NCBI GenBank assembly: GCA_963662615.2
Contig: CAXXSR010000001.1
Span: 1,120,001-1,184,000, forward strand
Source: Dehalococcoidia bacterium
GTDB taxonomy: Bacteria > Chloroflexota > Dehalococcoidia > Bin125
Length of the DNA: 64,000 bases
Reading direction: 5' to 3'
The first letter of the stretch is position 1, and each line of letters opens with the position of its first letter. Below, one piece after another: positions 1 through 7,087 of the stretch. Made by a program: the position numbers and the translations under genes. Under the pieces are notes generated by a model that was not told where the DNA came from, searched no databases, and saw nothing but the letters and a program-made list of their open reading frames with translations.

Positions 1-251
1 TTTTTCCGACCGTGTCCGATGAGGACGTACGTCCCCTTCGGGGTGGAGGTCTGACAACGAATGGTTCCCAGGAATATCGAGGATGAGATCGTAGCGCTCG
101 CCACTTTGGGTGAAGTCCTCTTGGGTGTAATCAATACCGGGACGACGACCTTCTCTTTGACGTACTTGAAGATCCACCAACCAGTCTCCTCCGACGCGAC
201 GCGCCCACCGACATCTTGGGCGAAGCGGCGCCAAGCTTGGTCGAGGCTCAC
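1..251 (-). pseudogene. Chimeric/degraded fragment containing part of an MDR-family NAD(P)-dependent alcohol dehydrogenase/quinone reductase
   Basis: Minus strand reads IDYTQEDFTQSGERYDLILDIPGNHSLSD in one frame and TPKGTYVLIGH in another (typical MDR C-terminal motifs, frameshifted). It is joined to an unrelated GTG-started N-terminus at 251 and runs off the window edge. Confidence 0.55.
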
Positions 252-350
252 TGCGGCACCCTCCACGAGCGCTGACGCATGTTATCAGCATCGGCGCGTG
301 CGGCGGGCCCGCCGCCCTGGCCCAAACGAACCGCGAGCGCGGCCGAAAAA

Positions 351-382
351 CCCGTTCGTCCTGAGCCTGTCGAAGGGCGAAC
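351..382. repeat. REP-like palindromic repeat, family A (CCGTTCGTCCTGAGCYTGTCGAAGGGCGAAC)
   Basis: Imperfect palindrome; related copies near 3985, 5054, 5243, 9896 and 9961. Confidence 0.85.
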
Positions 383-412
383 ACGGAACCGAGGATTGAG
401 CCCCCGCGGCTC

Positions 413-1447
413 CTAACCCCCCCACTCCCCCACCGACGGCACCCCCGCCAACCCCACCGCTTCCCGCACCGCCCCCACGATCGCCCGACTCACGCACGTA
501 GCGGCCATGCTCCCCAGCAACGCCATCAACCCCGGCACCGCCCCGGCCTCCAGATCCATCCGCCCCGTCGCCAGCGCGAAGACGGCGTCGCCGTCGCCGG
601 GTGTGTGCGCCGGTCGCACCGCCAGCGCGATGCCGTCATTGGCCATGATCGCCAGGCGGGTGGCCTCGGCCTTGTCCAGGCGCGCGTTGGTCGCGACCAC
701 CGCCAGCGTCGTGTTCGTCAGCGGGTCGGCCGGCGACGCGAACGTCCGCCACCCCCCCTCCGCCTCGGCCAGGTAGTCCTGCAACGGCCGCTCCAGCAGT
801 AGATCGGCGGCCCGCCCCATCTCCCCCCGCCGCTTCCCCCGTGGCCCCGCGACCAACGCTCCGCTCTCGACGTCGTAGATGTCGCCCAGCGAGTTCACCG
901 CCACGATCGCTCCCACCACCAACCCGGAGCTGTGCGCCATCGACGCCGTCCCCACGCCACCCTTGAGGGCGTGCTCCATCCCGTCGAGCTTGGCGACCGT
1001 GCAGCCGGTGCCGACGCCGACGCTGCCCTGCTCCACCTTGCCGCTCGTTGCCCGCTCCGCCGCCCGCCTCCCGCTCTCCGCCGTCGGGTACGCGTCGGCC
1101 GCGCCAACGCCCAGGTCGAACACCACCGCTCCGCTCACGATCGGCACCGGCGGCACGCCCCCCCGGACCCGATACCCGTATCCCCGCTCGAGCAGCAGGC
1201 CCCGGATCCCCGCCGCCGCGTCCAGCCCGAAGGCGCTCCCCCCCGTGAGGAGAACGGCGTTCAGCCCCGGCACCGTATTTTCCGGGCGCAATAGGTCCGT
1301 GTTCAGCGTGCCGGGCGCGCCGCCGGCCACGTGCACTCCCGCCGACGCGCCCTCCTCCGCCAACACCACCGTGCAGCCGGTGGCCCGCCGACGGTCGCTC
1401 CAGTGCCCCACTTTGATTCCGGGAACGTCGGTGATCGCGTCCCGCAT
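413..1447 (-). CDS. P1/S58 family peptidase (DmpA-like L-aminopeptidase/D-esterase)
   Basis: ITDVPGIKVGH, GGAPGT, LTGGSAFGL, NTTLAVVATNA and HTPGDGDAVF motifs. Confidence 0.9.
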   Translation of the reverse strand: MRDAITDVPGIKVGHWSDRRRATGCTVVLAEEGASAGVHVAGGAPGTLNTDLLRPENTVPGLNAVLLTGGSAFGLDAAAGIRGLLLERGYGYRVRGGVPPVPIVSGAVVFDLGVGAADAYPTAESGRRAAERATSGKVEQGSVGVGTGCTVAKLDGMEHALKGGVGTASMAHSSGLVVGAIVAVNSLGDIYDVESGALVAGPRGKRRGEMGRAADLLLERPLQDYLAEAEGGWRTFASPADPLTNTTLAVVATNARLDKAEATRLAIMANDGIALAVRPAHTPGDGDAVFALATGRMDLEAGAVPGLMALLGSMAATCVSRAIVGAVREAVGLAGVPSVGEWGG

Positions 1448-1491
1448 CGGCGACTATTTTCGCGCCGGCGCCGGGTCCAGCGCCCACAGGT

Positions 1492-2280
1492 TCAGCGTGC
1501 CGGGCGCGCCGCCGGCCCGTAGCCTCCCGATACGTCGATCACTTCTCCGGTCACGAATCGCGCCGCCTCCGACAGCAGGTAGACCACGGCCCCCGCCACC
1601 TCCTCCGGCTGCCCCCATCGACGCAGCGCCGCGTGGTTCTCCGTCTTGCTCGCGTACCAGGCCGGGATCTCGCCTGTGAACTCCGTCGCCATCCACCCCG
1701 GCGCGACGCAGTTGACCCGGATCGGCGCCGTCAGGGCGAAGCCCCACTCCGCCGCCATCGTCTTCGACATCGCCTCCACCGCCGCCCGGCTCATCGCGTA
1801 GGCGCTCAGCCGCGGCAGTCCGAACCGCGCCGCCGTCGACGAGATCGTCACCACCGATCCCCCCACCTCGCGCTCGATCCAGCGCTTGGCGACCGCCTGC
1901 GTCAAGAAGAAGGTGCCCCGTTGATTCACCTGTTGAATGGCGTCGAAGTGCTCCGGGGTGAGCTGGTCCGCCCGTGCGAAGCTGGGGCTCACCCCCGCGA
2001 CGTTGACCAGCCCGCGCAGCTCGCCGCAGGCCGCCTCCACCTCGTCCAGGAAGGCGTCGTGCCGCTCAATGGCGCCCACGTCGATCCGAAACGCCTGCGC
2101 CTGGCCTCCGGCCGCGCGAATGGCCTCCGCCCCCGCCTCCACCTGCGACTGTGTCCGCGCCGCCAGCGCCACTGTGCCGCCGCACTGCGCGATCAGCTTG
2201 GCGCACGCCAGCCCCATGCCCCGGCCCGCGCCGCTGACCAGCACCACCTGCCCTTCCAGCGAGAACGGATTCTCCGCCAC
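1492..2280 (-). CDS. SDR family oxidoreductase
   Basis: SGAGRGMG Rossmann motif, NVAG, YAMSR (YxxxK variant), RVNCVAPG; GTG start at 2280 after GGGAGAG. Confidence 0.9.
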   Translation of the reverse strand: MAENPFSLEGQVVLVSGAGRGMGLACAKLIAQCGGTVALAARTQSQVEAGAEAIRAAGGQAQAFRIDVGAIERHDAFLDEVEAACGELRGLVNVAGVSPSFARADQLTPEHFDAIQQVNQRGTFFLTQAVAKRWIEREVGGSVVTISSTAARFGLPRLSAYAMSRAAVEAMSKTMAAEWGFALTAPIRVNCVAPGWMATEFTGEIPAWYASKTENHAALRRWGQPEEVAGAVVYLLSEAARFVTGEVIDVSGGYGPAARPAR

Positions 2281-2349
2281 TGCGCTCTCCCGCCGCCCCA
2301 AGCTCCGTGGCAGTCTGCTCGGTCGAACAGTAGGGGGCAAGCGAGGCGG

Positions 2350-2964
2350 CTAGGCGGACTCCGGCACCCGTGCGCGGATCACGCGGTAGGGCACCAGTCG
2401 CGGTGTGCCGAGCACGTCCGCCACGCTCTGCACCTCGAAGCCGGCCTCCGCGACCGCCGCCACCGTGTCCCGATTCAGATGGCAGCCGTCCGCCAGCCGG
2501 CGCCAGACCGGCGTCAGCCCGTTCTGGATGCGCTGCGCCCGATGCCCATCAGCACGCACATGTTCCAGCAGTCGCAGGCTCCCGCCGGGCTTCGTCACGC
2601 GCCTAAGCTCGCCCAGCCCTCGCGCCGGGTCCGCCACGCTGCAAAACACCAGGGTGGCCACCGCGTGATCGAACTGCTCGTCCGCGAACGGCAACCGCTC
2701 CACGTCCGCGGCCTGGACCGTGATCGTCGCGACGGCCTCAGCCGCCCGCCGACGCGCCCGCCGCAGCATGTGTTCGTTGGAGTCGATCGCCGTCACCCGC
2801 GCGCCGGCCGCGTAGAGGTCGAACGTCGTGCCGGGCCCCGCGCCAATCTCCAGGACCTCTCCGCTCAGGTCCGCAACCAGTTCGCGCCGCGCCTCCCGTG
2901 CGCTCTTCGGCTCCAGCCGCAGCGCGACGTTCGAGTAGACCGCGGCGAAGAGCCTGGATCCCAT
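2350..2964 (-). CDS. Class I SAM-dependent methyltransferase
   Basis: VLEIGAGPG, LPFADEQFD, LVFCSV and GCHLNRD motifs. Confidence 0.9.
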   Translation of the reverse strand: MGSRLFAAVYSNVALRLEPKSAREARRELVADLSGEVLEIGAGPGTTFDLYAAGARVTAIDSNEHMLRRARRRAAEAVATITVQAADVERLPFADEQFDHAVATLVFCSVADPARGLGELRRVTKPGGSLRLLEHVRADGHRAQRIQNGLTPVWRRLADGCHLNRDTVAAVAEAGFEVQSVADVLGTPRLVPYRVIRARVPESA

Positions 2965-2992
2965 GCGCCCTCCTCACCCCCACCGACGGCCG

Positions 2993-3877
2993 CTACGACT
3001 GCGACGCGCCTGCCCCCGCCACCTCCCGCACGTGCAGGTACAGCCAGATCATGTCCCGCGTCGCGCACGTGATCCGGTCAATCGCGTCCACGAACGACTG
3101 CAACTGGCGCTCTTGGATCGCCAGCGGATACGCCGCCAGCACCCGACGCTTCTGCTCCAGCACCAGCAGCGCCACCTGATCCGGCTGCATCCGACGGTCC
3201 GGCAGCCAGTCCAATTTATGCGTCAGCGTCTTCGACCGCTGCAGCCCGCTCGCGATCTGCAGCAGCGCGCCCTGCTCCACCCGCGTCAGCCGCTCCAGCC
3301 CCGTCACCACCGACTCCACCGCCGTCCGCATCTGCTTGTAGTCCCGACGCTTCACCTCGCCTCGCGCCCCCTCCACGTCGCGCAGCGTCGGCAGGCCCAG
3401 CTCCCGCATGATCTCGTCGTCGCTGCGACCATGTGTGAGCACGCGGAAGTCGGTCATGGAGCGGACGTTCAGCTCAAAGCCCAGGAACGTGTCCAGCACC
3501 GGCGCCTCCTGCCGACGCCGCAGCGCCAGGTAGAGGCCAATCAACTCCGCGGCCGCGTTGAGGTACTCCTCCACGACCCGCATCCCCATCACCTTGCGGT
3601 CGTCCGGGTCCGCCAGCGCCAGCGCCCGCAGCAGCGCCTCCGCCACCGTGCGATGCGCCTTCGCCCCAAAGCGCGCGTAGTTCTCCAGGAACGGCGTCTC
3701 CAGCCCGTGCAGATAGGCCGCGAAGCACGACGCGCACAGCGCCGTCGACGCCTCCACCGTCGACAGGTCGAACGGCTGCCCGCAGTCCCGGCACAGCGCC
3801 ATCGCCAGCGCCGACGGCCCCCCGGCGCCGTCCCCTGCCGCGACCGGCTCGCGCCCGTGCGTCGCCGGATCTGCCAT
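2993..3877 (-). CDS. Hypothetical protein with N-terminal CxxC...CxxC zinc ribbon
   Basis: CRDC...CASC followed by a helical domain; ATG 3877 preceded by GGGAGAGG. Confidence 0.7.
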   Translation of the reverse strand: MADPATHGREPVAAGDGAGGPSALAMALCRDCGQPFDLSTVEASTALCASCFAAYLHGLETPFLENYARFGAKAHRTVAEALLRALALADPDDRKVMGMRVVEEYLNAAAELIGLYLALRRRQEAPVLDTFLGFELNVRSMTDFRVLTHGRSDDEIMRELGLPTLRDVEGARGEVKRRDYKQMRTAVESVVTGLERLTRVEQGALLQIASGLQRSKTLTHKLDWLPDRRMQPDQVALLVLEQKRRVLAAYPLAIQERQLQSFVDAIDRITCATRDMIWLYLHVREVAGAGASQS

Positions 3878-3984
3878 CGCCGCCTCTCCCTGCACCGCCG
3901 CTACCTCGCCGGCCACCAGCCTACCAGCGCGACGCGCCCCTCGCCCGCCGCCCTGCCGCCCGCTCACCCTGAGCACCTCCTGAT

Positions 3985-4018
3985 CCGTTCGCCCTGAGCT
4001 TGTCGAATGGGCGAACGG
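3985..4018. repeat. REP-like repeat, family A
   Basis: CCGTTCGCCCTGAGCTTGTCGAATGGGCGAACGG hairpin. Confidence 0.85.
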
Positions 4019-4059
4019 CCCAACAACAAGCAGCGCAGCCGCTCACACGCCCATCCCTC

Positions 4060-4119
4060 GGCGCGAGCGATCACGAACACCGCGCTGACCCAGACGACCC
4101 GCGAGCGCGGGCGAAAAAA
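4060..4119. repeat. Intergenic repeat family B (partial copy)
   Basis: GGCGCGAGCGATCACGAACACCGCGCTGACCCAGACGACCCGCGAGCGCGGGCGAAAAAA, similar to 5078-5167 and 10009-10098. Confidence 0.8.
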
Positions 4120-4165
4120 CCGCTCGCACCCCCATCGCCCGGCGCGAGCCGTCCCCAGCCGACAA

Positions 4166-5038
4166 TCACTCCGCAGCCGGCCGCGAGCGCTTACTGAAAA
4201 CTCTCCGCCCCGCCTGCCGCGCCGGCTGGCAGCGCGGGCACCAGTGCGACCCCCGGCCCCCCACCACCGTCCGCCGGATCGGCGACCCGCACACGTCGCA
4301 CGGCTCGTCCGTCCGGCGGAACACCTTCACGAAGAACTGCTGCCGCCCCTTCCGGCCGTCGGCGTCGGTGTAATCCCGGAATGACGCCCCCCGATGTCGG
4401 ATCCCCTCCCGCAGCACCTCTTCCACGGCCGCATGCAGAGCCCGCCGCTCCGCCGGTCGCAACGACCCCGCCGGCGCCAACGGATGCAGGCGCGCCAGGA
4501 ACAGCGCCTCGTCCGTGTAGATGTTCCCCAGCCCCGCGATCAGCTCCTGATTGAGCAAGATCGATTTCACCGGCGCCTGCCGGCCTCGCAGCGCCTCCCA
4601 CAGCGCCTCGACGGTGAACGCGGGGGTCAACGGCTCCGGGCCCAGCTTGCCGGCCACCTCCTCGACGCCGTCCACGACCGCGAACGTGCCGAACTTGCGC
4701 ACGTCCACGAAACGGAGATCCGCGCCGTCGTCCAGGGAGACCGCGGCGCGCAGGAACGGGTCGGCCGGCGCATCCGCGCGGCGATGCCGCAGCGACCCCG
4801 TCATGCGCAGGTGCACGACCCACGCCGATCCGTCATCGAGGTGGAAGAAGAGGTACTTGCCCCGCCGCCCCACGCCGTCGATGCGCCGCCCTACCAGCCG
4901 GCGGCGGAGCGCTTGCTTGGAGACCCCCTGCAGCAGCCGCTCGCCCCCCGGCTCCACGCGGAACGCCCGAATCCGCCGTCCCACCACCCGCGATTCCAGG
5001 TCCCGCCGCAGCGTCTCGACCTCCGGCAGCTCCGGCAT
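4166..5038 (-). CDS. mutM: Formamidopyrimidine-DNA glycosylase
   Basis: N-terminal PELPEVET, HLRMTG, GLGNIYTDE, C-terminal CxxC...CPRCQ zinc finger. Confidence 0.97.
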   Translation of the reverse strand: MPELPEVETLRRDLESRVVGRRIRAFRVEPGGERLLQGVSKQALRRRLVGRRIDGVGRRGKYLFFHLDDGSAWVVHLRMTGSLRHRRADAPADPFLRAAVSLDDGADLRFVDVRKFGTFAVVDGVEEVAGKLGPEPLTPAFTVEALWEALRGRQAPVKSILLNQELIAGLGNIYTDEALFLARLHPLAPAGSLRPAERRALHAAVEEVLREGIRHRGASFRDYTDADGRKGRQQFFVKVFRRTDEPCDVCGSPIRRTVVGGRGSHWCPRCQPARQAGRRVFSKRSRPAAE

Positions 5039-5053
5039 ATCCGCATCCTAAGG

Positions 5054-5280
5054 CCGCTCATTCGGAGCTTGTCGAACGGCGCCGACATCGTCCCGATCAT
5101 CGACCCCCGGCGCGAGCGGTCACGAACGCCGCGCTGGCCCAGACGAGTCGCGAGCGCGGGCGAAAAAGTCGAAGGGCGAACGGCTCTCCACCCCCTCTCC
5201 ATCGCTCTGTGATGGAGAGGGGGGCGGGGGGTGAGGTCCCCTCGTTCGTCCTGAGCTTGCCGAAGGGGCGAACGGCGAAC
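5054..5280. repeat. Composite repeat cluster (family A halves, a ~90-bp family B copy, a CCCCTCTCC...GGAGAGGGG hairpin family C, and another family A copy)
   Basis: Direct comparison with the copies at 351, 3985 and 9896-10098. Confidence 0.8.
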
Positions 5281-5342
5281 CCCCGCCTCCACTTAGCGAG
5301 GAGGACGGTGTGACACTGCGAGCCTGCAATGTGCGGGGTCGC

Positions 5343-5612
5343 TTACCCGGTCCCCTCCCGCCGCCCCTGCTCCTCCAGCAGCTCCCGGATCCGCCGCAGC
5401 TCCTCCGTCATCGCGTCCAGGTCCCCCATCATTCGCCGCGGCCCGAACCCCTGCGGCATCGCCTCCTGGACGCGATGCGGCATCTCGATCACCCGCGCCT
5501 TCACCCCCGGCGCCGCCCGCTTCGCGACAAGCAGCACCAGGATCGAGACCGCGACCCCCGTTGCCACGAACAGACTCCCGGCAACGACCAGCCCAATGGC
5601 CACCCGGTTCAT
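5343..5612 (-). CDS. Small single-pass membrane hypothetical protein
   Basis: ATG 5612 with AAGGGGG RBS; hydrophobic N-terminal helix and C-terminal EELRRIRELLE coiled segment. Confidence 0.65.
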   Translation of the reverse strand: MNRVAIGLVVAGSLFVATGVAVSILVLLVAKRAAPGVKARVIEMPHRVQEAMPQGFGPRRMMGDLDAMTEELRRIRELLEEQGRREGTG

Positions 5613-5798
5613 GCAAACCCCCTTCTTCAATGCTCGACCTGACCCGCCAGATGCCGGGAGTGTACTGTCACTCCCCGGGCCCACCACACGTGCGGGCCAG
5701 TCTCTAGTTATGTCGTCACCGCACGCGGCCGCACGACTTGATTGTGAGTCCTCTTACCGCGTGTTATAGTTCTCACTTAGGAGACTTCAACGCCAACC

Positions 5799-5984
5799 GT
5801 CTCCACTCTGTCCCGAGGCAGTCCCGCCCCTGTCCCTTGCCTGTCGCAGCCCTGTCCGCAGCCCTGTCCGCTGCCCGTCCGCTGCCCGTCCGCTGCCTGT
5901 CCTCCTCCAGTCCCTTCCCTGTCCGCCGATGTCCGCCTCCCCGCTGCAAAATCGTGCAAGATCCTGCCGAATCCGCGACGATTT
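5799..5984. repeat. Helically phased short-repeat arrays (11-bp GTC(C) units, then 10-bp TGCAARATCS-like units)
   Basis: GTC motif at 5799, 5810, 5821, 5832, 5843, 5854, 5866, 5877, 5888, 5899, 5910, 5921, 5931; ATC/ATT at 5951, 5961, 5971, 5981. Confidence 0.8.
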
Positions 5985-6089
5985 CAGCCCCTGAAACACA
6001 CTCCGCGGCCCTCGCCCATCTGGCAGACGGCCGGGGAAACGCCGCGCCGGCAAAAAAAATCGCGGGCTCGTGCTCGCGACCAACGAGAG

Positions 6090-6110
6090 AGGCCGCCCAT
6101 CGGGCGGCCT
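6090..6110 (-). terminator. Putative intrinsic terminator hairpin downstream of the membrane protein gene
   Basis: AGGCCGCCC-ATC-GGGCGGCCT perfect stem; weak U tract. Confidence 0.5.
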
Positions 6111-6140
6111 TCACTGCCATACGGAGCCGCTGATAGCGGC

Positions 6141-6995
6141 TTAGCGCTGGTACCCGGACGTCCCGCCCGCCGTATACGCCCCCGCCAGCGTCTCGCGATC
6201 GTAGAACTGCGGCACGACGCCATCGGCCACGTAATCGTACAGCGCCGCCTTGAAGATCCCCTCCATCGCCAGCACCGTCCCCAGGCCAATTGCGAGCAGC
6301 GGCACACCCGCAAGGATGGCCGCGACGGGGGACAACGGCGCAAGAATAGCGATGACGATGACGGCGGGGACCACCGCCACGATCTGCAGGAGGCCGAAGC
6401 CAAAGTTCGATACGAGCTGCTCGCCCCAAGTCTTGCGGAAGAGGCCGGCGGAGCGCTTGATCGCCTCTTTCGGGCCCACACCCTCGACGATCAGCACGGG
6501 GATCACGAAGAACGTCGCGTAGGCCCAGGCCGCGCCGGCGAGACTAATGAAGATCCGCGCAATGAAGCTCCTACTCTGCAGCCGCGCATACGTCAGGAGA
6601 ATGAACACCACGCCCGCAATCAGCGACCACCCGAACACCGCGCCAATGTGCTTGTTCACCGCTGCGAAGCCGGTGCCCAGGTTGGGGTCGCCCCCCTTCA
6701 GCCGCACTCGCGCCGCGCCGATCAGGGCGGCGTTGAAGTAGTTGATCACGAAGAACGCGGCGAACAGCGCGAATACGCCGACCAGCACGTCGCCTGCTTG
6801 TACCTCGGCCTCTGCGCCCGCAGTGTCCAGACGGCCGAACGTGCCAATCGCCCCAAAAACTCCAGCCGCGATCCCCACCACCACCAGGACGCCAATGCCG
6901 GACATGACCGGGAAAAGGATCAGCTCCTTGTCCTTGCGCAGGACCAGCAAGGAGGTCTTCATCAGCTTCCAGGTGTTGCCGAGGGTGCGAAACAT
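6141..6995 (-). CDS. Multi-pass membrane protein (DUF6159-like)
   Basis: LRKDKELILFP, AIKRSAGLFRKTWGE and FKAALYDY motifs; several TM helices. Confidence 0.75.
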   Translation of the reverse strand: MFRTLGNTWKLMKTSLLVLRKDKELILFPVMSGIGVLVVVGIAAGVFGAIGTFGRLDTAGAEAEVQAGDVLVGVFALFAAFFVINYFNAALIGAARVRLKGGDPNLGTGFAAVNKHIGAVFGWSLIAGVVFILLTYARLQSRSFIARIFISLAGAAWAYATFFVIPVLIVEGVGPKEAIKRSAGLFRKTWGEQLVSNFGFGLLQIVAVVPAVIVIAILAPLSPVAAILAGVPLLAIGLGTVLAMEGIFKAALYDYVADGVVPQFYDRETLAGAYTAGGTSGYQR

Positions 6996-7087
6996 GGCGC
7001 GGACACTCTATACCACGACCTTCCTAGCGTCAGCCGCGGTCAACGGGACGCGGATCAGCGGCTCTTGGCGCCGGCGCGCCGCCTCGA

